64,000 nt of DNA from Kudoa neothunni (Eukaryota > Animalia > Cnidaria). Positions 12,419-26,578 of the stretch are shown piece by piece. Position 1 is the first letter of the stretch, and every line of letters begins with the position of its first letter. Under the pieces are notes generated by a model. The model did no database searches, was not told the origin of the DNA, and saw nothing but the letters and a program-made list of their open reading frames with translations. The DNA lies in contig OZ199838.1 in NCBI GenBank assembly GCA_964304625.1, positions 5,934,443 through 5,998,442 of the forward strand. The letters run 5' to 3'. A program made the position numbers and the translations under genes.

Positions 12419-13040
12419 CCCTGGCAGTAGCCTATATCTTCAAAAAAACATGACCATTAAGTGTAATCTTATAGCCGTACTTTTTGCTTCTACTTATTTG
12501 CATATGCGTACTCATGGATATAATCAGGCTGCCAGGGCTTGGGTTTTTCACGAGTCAGCCCGAACAATATGGCATAGTGGCGGTAGGCCAAGATCGCATA
12601 CCATGAGGTTGCGTAATCGAAGCCTAGTCCAGGCGTTCCTGTACTCCTAATCTGAAATTAAGTAGGAAGGCTGTAGTAATCCCAAAGATCCACGATTTAT
12701 CCTAATCTTGCGTACAATTGGGAGGGGAGCCAGGCCGAAGGATAGAAGTCGGGTGCTTTTAAATGACGGGATGCAGGAACGAAATAAAAACTAGTAGTGG
12801 ATTTCCGTAGAGCCGACGACCGCATTCAGACGACTTTCCTAGACTAATTCTTGGAAAGTTCAGGGTATGGTTGGGGTGGTGGTTGATCCGAAACGAGGAT
12901 GTTTAATGGGTTAAAATTCCACATTATCACATGAACGTAGGTCGTCTTAATAGGATGCTGCGGCGCATAACGCGTAAATGAAGATGGCCTAACCAGCCGA
13001 ATTTCCAAACCTAACTTTTTGCGCCGGGGGGTTTGACCTT
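12419..13040. other. GC-rich island with extensive internal complementarity; candidate structured ncRNA or retroelement UTR
   Basis: About 45-50% GC by eye versus <30% flanks, with several long-range complementary segments and no credible ORF. Confidence 0.4.
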
Positions 13041-13521
13041 GTAAACTAAAAAGATTGGATTTTTATGATCAGCTCTGGTTCTTGGAGGTTTTCCTCATGT
13101 TTACAAAATCTTAGGGTTTTATTGAGAACCTGTAAACATTGAATAATAACACAAATTTTTGTAGGTGTGGCATTAATATTTATATTCTTAACCTTTGCGG
13201 TACCAGGTGGGGTATATTTAGTACCTCATCAAAGATAATTTCTCCCCAATTCCTAACAGACACAATTTACTCTATTGAAATTTCATGAATGCTTTCCAAT
13301 TAATTAAGCACATTAGTAGGACAGACATTTTAATTCATATTTAACTTTGACGATTTGTATGATGTATGGCTTCAAGTTTTTAAGCGGTCCGATGGTTTTG
13401 TTCGTAAAAATCGTTTTTGGGACTGCTAGATATTCATTTATACTTTTGTGAATAGTTCAATCAAATATATCTCAATAATTTGATTTAAGGATAGACACTT
13501 TCAAGCTTAAATTAGGGCACA

Positions 13522-15274
13522 GGCTATTATAACGGATGGGAATATCTCCTAAAATAACGCTCGTATTAAAATATTAATTTCATAAATACATATAACAATA
13601 AATGAACTATCACCAAATAAATTTTTAAAAGAAAATAACTTAATTAACTTTTTAAGTATAAATTGACCAATACCGCATGAATTAAGCAGACTCTTTCTTC
13701 AAAAATTTGTATTTAGGTTGAATTCTAGGTGACCTTTAACATAGATATCGTAATTTTTATACGAAATTATGAGGAACGATGTACTTACTGTGAGAGTGAG
13801 CGCGCATTCTAAAAAATTCTCTAGGACGTTCCATTGTATCTGTCCATGCTATAATATGCTTTTAATCAAATATAGGTAAAAAACAATAAATATTACTTTA
13901 CTCAGTTTATTTATATTATAAAAACGGATATAATTGGTTTTTAAGATCCAATAATTGTGATTTTGAACCGGTTTTCTTATTTTATACAAACAAACAAACA
14001 AATTATTATATGATGGATATCTTATTATGATATGTATTTTATAGAAGATAATATTGTTTTATACGGATATATAGATTTAAATTTCTCGTCGTCTTTTTCG
14101 ATAATCCAATGACGGTTAGATCAGAACCCTTAGGTCGCCCTAATGCTCTTGCTTTAGAGTGGAATTTTAAATTAAATAAAATAAACCAAAAAATTGATAT
14201 GATTATTTTTTGTAATTTTTATCGATTTTAAGGTCATGTATCTGCCGGTCACTATGCGCATTACACAAGTCTTAAGACGAGTCATTAGTAAGTAACTTTG
14301 ATGAACATGTTTCGGAAATTTCATTCATTTCTGCCTTTTCATTTGCTTGAAGTTTAATATATAACTTTATTTTAGAACGTTATACTTATATTTATAACAT
14401 TTCTTCTTGCATTTAACTCGTTATTTTATACCTGCCTATCATACTTCGAATTTATATCGTTGATTTCGCTTTGTAATTAATGTTAGTCACATCATTCAAA
14501 TAAACATGTTATATCAATGTTTAATGATTTAGTAGTTTTAAATCATATTATCTCTAATACAGATTCGATTCTCTTAATAGTAATTATTGATCTAAGGTAA
14601 AATCACTTCAATATTCTGCGGACATTGACATATGTTGGTTTGTATAGACTTATGCATTTCATAAGCGCTTCTAATAAAGTTTGTATTTTGCTTTGATGAT
14701 TTCTTTTACTTTCGCATTTTGACTAGATTTAGCACCATTATTCGATGGTAAATAATTACGTATATATCCGCTGACAGGAAATATCTCTTTCAAAGTAAAT
14801 TAAGCGGTAATGTTACGTAGACTTGACATTAATACTAAAACGATAAATGGTGATGTTTATCAAGAAATCCCAGCATAAAATTGAACCACTAAATAAATGT
14901 AAACGTAATCATTTAATCTACAATCATATTATAAAATAGTTTATTTACAATCGTTGTTGCAAACACACCACAATGACACAAGTTCACGTGTTCCCAATTA
15001 ATGTGTCGGGTATATCGATACTTCTTGTTATATAAAATCGACACTTTACGATTTTAAAATAATTTTATAGGTAAACTTAATACAAATTCTTGAGGGAAGA
15101 TTCTGCTTAATTCATGCGGTATTGGTCAATTTGTAGTTAAAAAGTCAACTAAGTTATTTTCTTTTGAAAATTTATTTAATGATAGTCCATTTATTGTTTG
15201 TTATACGTATTTATGAAATTAAAATTTTGAAGCGTGCGTTATTTTAGGGGATATTCCCATCCGTTGCAATAGCC
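13522..15274 (-). mobile_element. Non-autonomous MULE-like element with ~200-bp TIRs
   Basis: 13522-13720 is the reverse complement of 15075-15274 (GGCTATT..ACGGATGGGAATATC..CTAAAATAACGC..ATTGACCAATACCGCATGAATTAAGCAGA). The internal minus-strand remnant ALGRPKGSDLTVIGL resembles the C-terminus of SWIM-type MULE transposases. Confidence 0.7.
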
Positions 15275-16526
15275 ACTTCCTAAATTAAGAAATAAAGATT
15301 AACTAGCATTAACCCATAACCATTGTGGTGTGTTGAATGTTTTTTCGTTATAGAGTTGAGAGCTTCAACGTGATTATGTTTAAAATTAATTTAATCATAT
15401 ACTGGGGTTTGAGAGACGTTTAATGCAAAACATAGGGAAGAAGTCTGATTTTGAGATTAGGACGTTTCCATAGCCTGGGGATGATCTCGTGCGCCGTTGT
15501 TGCCCTAGTATTTGGACGGTATGTCGATAGGTTTGTGGGTTCCCTTCTCCATAAATTTAGAAGTTTTATTCGAGATCAAATTATTGTTGTATTTAAAACT
15601 ATATAATATCGACAAAAACTATTATAAAAGACTTATTTTGTAGTAGCTTGGTGTTTAAATTATTGAATAACAATAGACTAGTCAAGTTGCATGACCAATT
15701 ATAGACGTTAATATATGAAGTTTTAATGAAATAAAATATCTTATAAGAATGTTTATCGATGTGTCGACCCATTTAAAAATGGACGAAAATAATTTTAAAT
15801 TGATTTCTTCTGGAGTCTCTCAGATACCCCATGAGCACACACGGAATTTTTTGGAGCTCGGCACAGGAATGGTTAACGGTCACGTGTGAATAATTAAATC
15901 CTTACGAAAAATAAACATTAATTACTTAATTTCGTAACATATTTCTAAATTTTATGTGACTAAAATGAATAATACTTGTGTAGCTACATTTTTATTTATT
16001 TTTAAATTAAAATCAAAAATTATACTTTTCATTAAGATTCAATAAATTTATTCAAACGGTCAATATTCTCAAAATTATTAAAATCATTCACACAAAGACT
16101 ATAATAAATATATCTACATTCCTATGATAAAAGTTAAAAGAATAACTAAGGAACAAAAACCAATATCTAGAGAAGAAAAGTGTGAAAACATAATTACTGA
16201 TGACCGAAAGACCCCGTCCTATATCGGTCTGGATAGTCAATTCAAGTCAGAGCTTTTCGTTATAATCTCTTATGTAATACCATTTTAATTGAGTAACAAC
16301 AAGCAGCGTTATCAGTAAAGAAACACTTTATTAAGTTGTACAGAGTGTTAACATATAAGCAGCTTTATTATTCTTAATGGATGATAGGCTAGGAGCCGAT
16401 ACATTGACATCGAATGACGCAAAAAAAGTCAAACAAACAAAATTATTCCATTTATACAAAGAGAAACAATCTATGGCAATAAAAAAGTAAGTTCGACATT
16501 GAGAATAACAGGTGTGTTTTCCTACG

Positions 16527-18114
16527 TTAGTTTTTGGCGTCAATCACATCTATTGTGTCATTGGATTCAATAAGTTTATTGACCGTGGAAAATGAGGAGG
16601 AATCGCCTGGATTATTTGGCTTTACAAAAGTTATTGGATCGGGTTTTGGTGAATTGGAAGTGCTGTTAACGCAACCAACAAGACTAACACCACCACCAAC
16701 ACTAACTTTAGCGGCGTGGATCACAAAACCATTAGCATCATTTACAGCGTTTACAACGGGCCTACAATAATGCCGATGAATCAAAAGTTTATTTTAATCC
16801 ATTGCCAATGAGCTCACTTATTTGTGACAACAACACCAGAAGCGGATTGTTTTTTTATAGGCAGCGTAGATTTTTATATTAAAATATGATTCATGGGTGT
16901 CGTCGTTTGTGGATTTGGAGTTTGTATTGGGGATATTTGGTTCGGAAGAAGTGGCTTATTATTGGGAGAGGAAACAAATATAACGTCATCATCATTATCA
17001 AGGGTAGTTGTAGTAGTTTGCGTAGTCGCTTTTTCGAGTGCCACTTTTGGATTAGCAACTTTGTTAGCTTGAACCTTATCACTCTTTGTGCTCACGATTT
17101 TTTTGGACTTCGGGATTGCGTTGTTACTCACTTGTTTATTACCAGACGTTGAAGAAGATGATTTCGGAGTGGTGTTAGTTGTTACAGGCATAGATACATT
17201 GGGAAATTCACTCAAAAATGACACACAACGATGACACTTATAAACAGTACTCCCATCATCTAAACTACCAACCCTATACCACACAGAAGAGGTGCCAACC
17301 GAACAAACACTACACGTTGGTAACTGCGAATGATAAATCAGAGAATGCTGGATTGGCAACTCGAAATTTCTTGCCGATGTTACGTTAAGGTAGTAATTAG
17401 AGACAATATCAGAGGGTCACCGCCGAAACTATTCGACTGGTGAGATAGAGCTGAGCAGGGGGTAGTTCACACGTCGGAACTTCTGACAACCACTTTTTCA
17501 AACTATCTGCATAATCGGATTGAATATAATTACGATATTGGTTGAACAAAGAGTTGGCTACCACACCAACCGATTGTTGTGTTGGTGACACTGAGGAACT
17601 TTGGAAGTGGTTGGATTTTGTGGCTGAATAAATTTATTTGGTGGAAACACATTGTCTGAGGAATGGTGTGAGCCAGCCGCAGCAACTCTACCTCGTTGAT
17701 CATGAGGAGTTGTGGCATGTGCAGTTGAACTATAACCGACATTTCTATCTAGTTTTAATTTCTATCAGTAAATTGTCGTATGGATAGCCAATAAATTTAC
17801 ATGGAGCTGGGACATCAGTGGGATATTTGTAGGTTGGGGGCATTATATGAGGTTGGATGGGGCCACCATTCTCACTAGCGACAGACGAGGTCATTCCTGT
17901 TGGCGCATTCGGCCTTCTTTTTCTCCTATCTTTTTGATAGCTTGTATGTGTTCCAAAAAGATTTCGCTTTCTTCAACACTGACAACTTTTGATGTTGTAA
18001 CACAATCAATCTTTTCAACCCGTCGCGAGTGATCTCTTTATCATTTTCAATCGCATTCATGTTGTGATGATTCCTAGCGAATATCTTATCAATTGGATCC
18101 ATTTCGCTTGTCAT
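16527..18114 (-). pseudogene. GATAD2: p66/GATAD2 (NuRD subunit, simjang-like) homolog with reading-frame lesions
   Basis: CR1-like coiled coil KEITRDGLKRLIVLQHQKLSVLKK; CR2-like DSLKKWLSEVPTCELPPAQLYL; GATA-like finger CSVCSVGTSSVWYRVGSLDDGSTVYKCHRC. Introns 17800-17749 and 16817-16762. Frameshift near 17957 and in-frame TAA at 16874-16876. Confidence 0.65.
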
Positions 18115-19795
18115 CCAACTTTACACTTTATCAGACCAAAAAATAATAGCTCCAACAAAACTTATCTATAAAACGATCAAAACTACCGATGAAACCATCA
18201 TCAACCTACCAAGTGCGGTTTTGACCTACGCGAGAGCAATAGCGTGGTGAACAGTGCAAAATTGAGAGTACGATTTTCTTTAGGCAACAACGCCACTATG
18301 CGGCCACTGTTTGTCGGAGGGATTATAGCATACGATATTATACGAAGATATCAGACTTAATTTTAAGCGGGCTTGTCGGTATGCGCATGCACGATCTATC
18401 GACAAAAAATTAATCCCTTGTTAATTCAACTTATTGTAGCCAATTTCAACTATTCATTAACATTATTGTGCCAACTTGGTTCAATAACCCATTGACAGCC
18501 TCAATACAACCTCACTTCAAAATGATGTATGTTCGAATTTGCCATTATTCGGGTCAATTTGATATTTTACGAATTTGAAACAGTTGGATAAATAATGCAT
18601 TTGAGGATGTAAATATTTGTTTTTATTGTTTTTAATATCGATAAAGTCGAAATAAATATTCTTAGTTGGGAGAATTTGTTTTTATTTACAGATGTAAAAA
18701 ATTGTCCATTATAATTGTAATCAACATAAATATAAATATGAATATAAATAGTCCCGGTTTATGGTGGAGATAAATAATTTTAGTAAGGGAAAATAAAATA
18801 GAGTTTCGATACAGTGTAGTGGATGTTTTTTTTATCATACTTAAGGTGATCTGGAAAATATCAAGATTGATATGGTTACGTATTTTACAAATGAGCATGA
18901 TAGTCGAAAAATATATGTATATTATAATTCAAGGAAATCCTAGATATTTTCCATCGTTCTACGGTGTAATAAACCTCAAGACCCGATTATTAGGACTAGG
19001 CTGTATCGGGGTTATACTGTATTCACATTTGTTCCCTTGGAGTTAATTGCGGCGTCTTTAACGTGATTTCCTTAATCCCTATTTCTCGGTGTATTAAAAT
19101 TGTTGATTTTTACAAAATATTAGTGAATTTTCGGAAATTTTCATAATTTCATTTTAGTGATAAAAAGTTTGGACGTGTTTTAATCCCGATTGGTTGTTTT
19201 GTTTGTTTTGGATGGTCATCTGCATTAACCGTTTATTTGCTTGGATATGACAAATTATAGATTTTTTATCCACAAAATAATATACCATTAATGCCAAATA
19301 TTTCAAAAAAGCTAGATTATACAAATTAATTAGCCAAGTGTCATTTATCTTAATCTGTCTAATCCACATAGCGAGTATCCATTCTGATCAGTTGAAATGG
19401 AATCATGATATTAAATTGAATTGTTGATCATGAGAAACTAAATTACTGTGATAGCTCTACAATTGCCGGAGATTCATTGATGAAAACTTAATCTTATAAA
19501 ATGTCCGTAAAATGTCGGCATGTGATTGAAGGATTAACACGAAATAATGGAGGTAACTCGGTGTTGAATATTTGCGGAGAAAGTTATCATTGATAATAAA
19601 CATGAGCGTTTTAATATTATTTTTGATTTTACATCAAAATTATCCAAATTTCCACTAGATTTTATTAAATTTAACAGGATCATAATAATGTTTTTAAAGG
19701 TTTTAAAATGAATTTTACATTAATTTAGGACATTTTTTATTGATAATTTTTTCTAGGGTTGCAATTCGAAAATTGCATATCATACAATTGAATTA

Positions 19796-20516
19796 CAATA
19801 ATGGATCGGTCGTACGTAATCCCCTTGAGGATGTGAAATTGTACGTACTATCCGGCCGGGACCGGTAGTAGGTACAATTTTGCGCTCGCGTACAACAAAA
19901 TTAAAATACAAGATTATCTGTAACTTAAATATTATTGAAAACAACTTTTTTTAATGCGATTTAAAATTGAGCAAACATCCGAAATAGAATCAGATATTAA
20001 CTCCCATCCACTTCTTTGAGCCATGATGTTAAAATATTTACCAAACTCTTCTAAATAAAATAAGGTCATCTTTAAAAGGTTCAATTATTTAACAATAAAA
20101 TCATCATCCGTTTCAGAATTATTCGGGAGGGACTATCATTGCGCCATTGCTACTACTATGAATTAGGGAGGATATCATTATAAACCAAACTACTGCATAT
20201 CTACAACATGTATGTATGTTTATCCTCCATTTTTCAATTATCTACTACATTGATGTAACTATAAAAACTTATGAACTGTGTAAACGTGGCAGAAAAAACA
20301 AGAAAACCCTCAATTTAATCCCGCGGTCTAAGCTATAAGCAAAATGGTACGTACGATCGATCCCCGCGTGACTTTTTCTTTTTTCCTAGTAATTATGCTT
20401 ATAAATTGTTTAAAGCGAGTAATTCTCACATTATATAATTTTCGAAATCATTTTAAATATGAACGAACTTATTTATTTGTTAAATAGCTAATGTACGTAA
20501 GACCGTTCCATCACTG
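19796..20516. mobile_element. TA-flanked Tc1/pogo-type MITE, complete copy
   Basis: TIRs CAATAATGGATCGGTCGTACGTA / TACGTAAGACCGTTCCATCACTG with TA on both sides; a second copy lies at 31180-31567. Confidence 0.8.
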
Positions 20517-22967
20517 TATTTCATTATTTAATGCGAAGATTAATGAGAGTATGTTTGATGATTCACCCCTTGAAATTTTTATTCAATATATTTTTTAAAA
20601 TATATATGCCCAATTTTTTAATGAAAAAATTAATATTAAATTAGTAATATGTAGTTAAATAAAAGAAAGTATTTTCTGAACACAATGAATTATGGACAGT
20701 GGAATTTTTCTTTTTCGGTGTGATAAAAATTGAAAAATATTTGCGTCATTTTTATAGCCAAAAAGTAAATGTATCTGTAAGATAAATGTGGCTGACTTGA
20801 CTCAGGATGCGGCGTGTATATCGCATCAACCTTGATAGTTCTAAAATTAATTTCGTTGTTCGACTTGTACCAATTTTTCCCCATTTACGACTTTTCACTC
20901 TGTTTCTAAATCACAACAGAGAAAGAAATAATCCATTCCTTAATATTTAATATATATCTGGAGCGAATTATAAATATTTCAAAATGATTGAATTATTTTA
21001 GTTTTTTAATACTTTCACGCATTGTACTTGAAAGAATACAGACAAATAGAAATTTGTAAAAAGTATGTAAATTTTTGTTAGAATTTAATATATATTGCTT
21101 GATTAAGTAAAATCTGAACTAGAATTTAAAAAAAGGGTGAGTATGATAACAACTGCGTTTTCATCAAGAAGTCTACTGTTTGATAAATTAGTTATAATGT
21201 TTGATAAAAAGCGATGCATTATATGTCGTAGAAAATGATGTTTGGACTTTTAGAAATCATTAAGTAAATCGTTAATTATTGTCGAAATAACAAATTAAGT
21301 ATTTAATTAAAAGTTGGAAGTTTTAAATTCCATTAATCAAATTAGTAAAAATTATTTTAAGGAGTTTTTAAAAATAGATCAATTAATACAATTTCTCTTT
21401 AATTGTAATATTTACTTAACTCAAGATTACCTGAATCACTGATATCAAATTGTTAAATATTTCTGTCAATACTTTACATATTTGCGGGATTAATAAAACT
21501 TTTGATAAATTCTTACACAAAAGATTGTAAATAATCTATGATCATATGAGTTCGCTTCGGATTTATGTTGAATTGACATAGTTAAGTTTATTTTTTTAGC
21601 TTATAAAAAAATAGATTTTATTAGTTGAGAGACTGAGGACATTATTTTCATCAAATAATTTATTTTACTTAATTAAACAAAAATTAATAATATACCAAAA
21701 AGAATGATAAATTAATCTGAATGATATTATGCGCTGGATATAAGATAAAATATGATTTATTACTTAATGTATTAATGATTTATAAAATACAATATTGAAT
21801 CATATCAGCATAAAATAAACTAGATAATTTAAAAATATATTCTCTACTCAGTTTTATGAAAGATATACTGTGAAAATATGAAATTGATTTCTTCTCTAAC
21901 AATTCTTCACTAGAATCAGTTATTCAAAATGAATTAATTTTTATTAAATTTATATTATAATTAAAAGTATTATTGGATTATTAAAGCAAAATGTAGCTTA
22001 AATAATACATAATTTAAACTAACAATACAGGCATACACACAATGTTATCGGTGACTATTAAAAACCATATTTCGCGAATCCGTTTAAAAGAAAGTGATAT
22101 CAATCCCACTAAATAAATATTGATGCTGTTATTATTTCATTTTAAATTAAGAGGATAAACATAAAAAGTGAAAACATATATTTATTTTGATTTCAAATAT
22201 TTTAATGATCATACATTAAACTTTTTACTTGGTTGATAGTATTAGCCAGATTCAACTGAATTATGGAGGCAAAAGAAAAACGTAAAAATGTAAATTCCAA
22301 CTATCTTAATTTTAATGAATGTAAAATATTTTTAAATTAGAGTAATCTCAAACACTAATTTATATTTTAAAATATAGTATTGTTTAATTGTATCCTATAA
22401 AATCATTGGTAGCATTAGTGATGTCTCTGAATAATGTGGGTCATAGAGGTAAAATTGCATAAAAAAATTTCGGCAGAAGAACTTAAAATGAGTATAGATA
22501 CAGTAAGGCATCACTGATATAATATCTATCCAAAAAATCGCGCCAAAAATAACAAAGTCAAAATTCAAAAAACATATTAAGTTATTTAAAAGAACTCAAT
22601 TATCGTTTATCCCATCGTCGCTCTGCATTCTCTTCACGCTGAAAATCTCTAGTATGATAAAGTTTTTGACCATCTTCTCTACTCAAGTCAAAATATTCAT
22701 CTTCCGGCAATAAATTTCCATTATGTTTAGCATATCCTCCTTTGACCAACCTCCACATGTACTCGTTCTCCTCAGATGGGGTTAAGCTTTTGTGATGGGC
22801 TTGGTAACAATCTTGCCATTTATAACCCAGGTCACTTAGCTTATATCCTAAATTACATTTAGAAAACCGTGTATACAGTCAAAAGCACCATAACATATTC
22901 CGACATGATAAACGTATGGGACATAATATCTCAAAAACCTTGTAAGAGGAGATATAATCAACATAGC

Positions 22968-24775
22968 TAGGCCCCGATAGCTATTACGACCGTTGTCGAA
23001 TTCAGTCGGTATTTAAAATTTAAAATCCGCGATTATTTTAAAGTTTCATTAGATTTAGAGAAATATTAATAAACTGTTTTTTCATTAATTTTATATTTGA
23101 ATTTATTTTGTAGTGATTAACTTTCTTAATTATATATATTACGGCTTCCTGTTAACTTTCCCAACCAATTATGGAGAATTAACGAACCTAATATATATAT
23201 ATATATGTCAGTTCACAGTAATAAAGTTGTTATCTACATTTAAAAACTAACATTCAAAATTATAAAATAGTCCTGCCAAAGCCTGGAATTTTTACAAATA
23301 TTTTACAAAATTTTCATATGCGTGAAAAATCACGCAGTTTCCACTTTTGGCATAAAACTTCAGCCAACTTAATTTTAGGACAATGTGATACGGAGTATTA
23401 TAAAATTTGATTACTATCACTAATGAAAACACCTTTTTTAAATCGATAAAGTAAATTAACAACAGAAGTCAGGATGATCGTGCCAAAAATTCTCCTTTCT
23501 ACCAAAATAGAAACCACATGATCTTTTTTATTTGATAAATTAAGCGATTTTAAAATTAATCATTAATGATTGTTCAGATATTTTGAGTCATGTTTGGCAT
23601 CATTTTTTTTAGTTGAGAAATATACCATTTAATTGACTCCTCCGTTTCATCGTACAAGATGCAGCCGCTAGTTATGTGGATTTCACCAACCGAGTTTTCT
23701 GCAACAGACAGATACAATAACGCAATAATAAACTAATAAAACAACGAAATAGAGAAAACCTCCTAAGATTACCGTGAGTCTAGCAGTTTATAGATTGCAT
23801 CAAGCATAAGTAACTCTGGAAAGAAATTAATTGTATTGAGCATCTGCTTATCCATAAAAAAGATTCCACAAACATTTTTATTATCATCTGATAAAACGCT
23901 CACTATGCAGTTGTATTGATTCTTTAAAATTTCTATCACTAAAGTAATGTTATCAGTTCCGATCTTAGAGGATTTTTTAATGTTGTGGGTAGCTTTCAAA
24001 AGTATATTCTTGCCTGTCTCACCATTTATCTTGGCTTGCATGAGCTTTTTGTTTGCTCTGACAAATAGCCATCACATTGGTTTAACTTCCTCTGGCTGGT
24101 TAAGTTTTCTTAGATCCGTGTATCATTTCGGATGGTTATGGGCAGTGTTAGAAGATCTAATCTCCAGGAAATTTCCATCTACGCTTACTCCTAATGCACT
24201 CTAAATGGGCAATCTCTCTTAAGGGAATATTTTTTGCGTTCGCCTTTACCTCTATTTCGGTAATGAGCTCCAAAGTAACATACGTAAGTTATTTCGTAAT
24301 ACACTAGCGTGTTTTTAATATTTCGATTAACCCGGTTTTGCACTGAATCAATTTTTCTTGAATCTCGAATCTTTATATTCACAAAATGACTTTTCTCATA
24401 CTCTTGAATATAAAATTTTAAACTTTCAAAGGTTTAAAATTTCATTCCAACATGAAAATTGTCTGAATTCGGATCACTCATTGTATTTCAACCAAGCTCG
24501 TAAAACACGCGGAGTTATGCTTACCCTGTACGGCTCAAAGAAATAAATTAGAAATGATTAATATTTATAATTAATTCAACGTTAATATTGTTTTAGTCTG
24601 TTAAATTCGTTAACATTTATGTTATTAGCCATCTATTTTCCGTAAATTTACAACAATCTCAAATTTTTGTTTACAATTTAATAGAGAAAATTATAAACAT
24701 TAAAAATGTGAAATTAGTTATTTAATAGAGATAATAATCGCAGAGAAATTGATTCCCGTGGTAATAGCCATAGCC
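22968..24775 (-). mobile_element. Decayed MULE element with ZSWIM3/FAR1-like transposase remnant (~23600-24480)
   Basis: KIRDSRKI...YYEITYVCYFG..YRNRGKGER...SLKRDCPF (WRKY/FAR1-like) and GIFFMDKQMLNTINFFPELLMLDAIYKL (MULE domain start). Weak GCTATTAC termini; boundaries approximate. Confidence 0.7.
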
Positions 24776-25599
24776 TTCTGGCCCTGCTCAGAGAGTTTGT
24801 GCACCATTGTTTAAGAGATAAAAAAATTAAAGAAGATGAAAAGATATATACGAAATTTAATATCTCCTTTGCCCGGCATAAACTTTAATACGCTATTTCA
24901 CACAAACAGTTACAAATTGCGTCATTATCAATCTATATAATTCAAATAACTAGATGAAATAAAGATAATGCCGCCTGCAATTAATTTAAATATTAAAAGT
25001 TCAACTTAGTGGACGATTTCGATCAAATCCACGGACAAAATAGTTGTACAATGGGTGATCAGTTTTTCGTACATTTTTCAATCCCCGTGGGGTTTACAAA
25101 CGAGTGATAACCTACTGTATACAGAAATGAATGAGATAGCTTAGTTAACGTTTGATAAAACATATAAGGAGGAATGTTAACTTCAAATAACTTTAATTAT
25201 GACATAAGCAGGTATTAATCCTACTGTTGAAATCCTGTAATTCGTTAAACAAACTTTAATTCAAAAAATCACTATTTTCTAAATATTTTTTGGAGTATTT
25301 GATGTTGCAGAAGCAAGTAAGAGATTTTTAGCAAGATGGAAAACTTTAAAGTTTCATAAATGTTTCTCTATAATGAACAAAATTTTGTCGCATATGCGTA
25401 TTTGCTGACACTCCTCCTTTACATACAATATTTTAACATCAACATGCAAGTGACGCGGATCAAATTGCAATTGGCATATGTGCTAGGAAAAGGTTTGTGA
25501 CCATTGTTCAAGCGACTCAGAGCTTTCAACTTTAATAATTGGAATTCAACCGAGACAACAATATTCAAAAATTATTTCAACCACAAGAGCAGATGTTGT

Positions 25600-26578
25600 T
25601 AAATTTTACGATGTTTGATTACGGAAACTTGAAATTATATTAAATTTTATTTTAAAGGAGTGAAATACAAAGCAGCAGATTGTTGGTGCAGTCAAATACC
25701 ACCCTAGTACTGTTGGTTGAATAATAAAACATTTCGACGCTACATTGTAGTGTTTCTAAAAAAAGACAGATAGAGTTAGACGATCTATTTCAATCCTTGA
25801 ACAAAAACAATTTATACTCGAATTTGTCGATCCTCATTGCACTATCACTTTAAAATCGCTTCAGATGTATTGAAAACCAAATATCAAATAAATGTTTCAA
25901 GGCAAGCCCTAAACAATATTTGGGGAGTTCCCATTACTCTCCAAAAAGAATATTACTAGTTCCCATCGCCCCAAATTCGCCTGAAAACGTAATTAAAAGA
26001 AAAAAGGTTTTTGTTAATTTATTTTTAATCTAAATGTTCTTTATTATGTTTTAAAATCTCTCAACTTAAAGCCAGAGTTATGCTATATTGTTTTCATCGA
26101 TGAGTCGGGATTTTCGCTGTCTATGCGAAAAATATTTTGTCGATCATTAGTTGGAACTAGATCGGACCTAGTGGTTAGTTCTATCTGATCAAAGAATATC
26201 ACTTTGATAGCAGCCGTCTCGTACACCAGACTTTAGACCTTCAAATTATGTGAAGGATGTGTGAATCCGAAAGTTTGTTGGAGTTATATTAATCAAATTT
26301 TCTCTGAATTTGTTGAAAATAACGTTCCAAATTCATTAATAATAATCGACAATGTGAAGTTTCACAAAACTAATGCTGTCGTGAACATTATTAATACGAG
26401 TAGACACAACGTTCTCTTTCCACCATCATATTCCCCCCTCTTAAGTCCCATTGAGGAGTTATTTTGTCAACTTAAATCTATTGTTACGAGTAATAATCAG
26501 CGAAATGAAAATGATTTGATTACATCAATAGAGACATACTTCATTAGATATCTTGATTCTGAAATTATAGAATATTAA
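25600..26578 (+). pseudogene. IS630/Tc1 (DD34E) transposase remnant
   Basis: IVFIDESGF, NITLIAAVS, IIIDNVKFHK, FPPSYSPLLSPIEELF, with stops and frameshifts. Confidence 0.85.

Noticed and set aside
12584-12628. Hammerhead-like CCATGAG..GAAG in the GC island
   Set aside because: The core lacks CUGA, positions 15.1/16.1 would be G-C, and stem I does not form
12985-13020. CCTAACC / AACCTAAC as a telomerase RNA template
   Set aside because: Too short, and no recognisable pseudoknot or H/ACA context
16197-16250. CTGATGA..GAAA resembling a hammerhead ribozyme core or C/D box
   Set aside because: Only 2 nt lie between CTGATGA and GAAA (no stem II), no matching stems I/III, and no downstream box D
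16874-16876. Alternative genetic code (TAA=Gln)
   Set aside because: PP4, TCF and the GPCR all terminate at TAA at the expected positions
18819-19560. Possible LTR-retrotransposon pol remnant
   Set aside because: Only faint motif resemblance; too decayed to support
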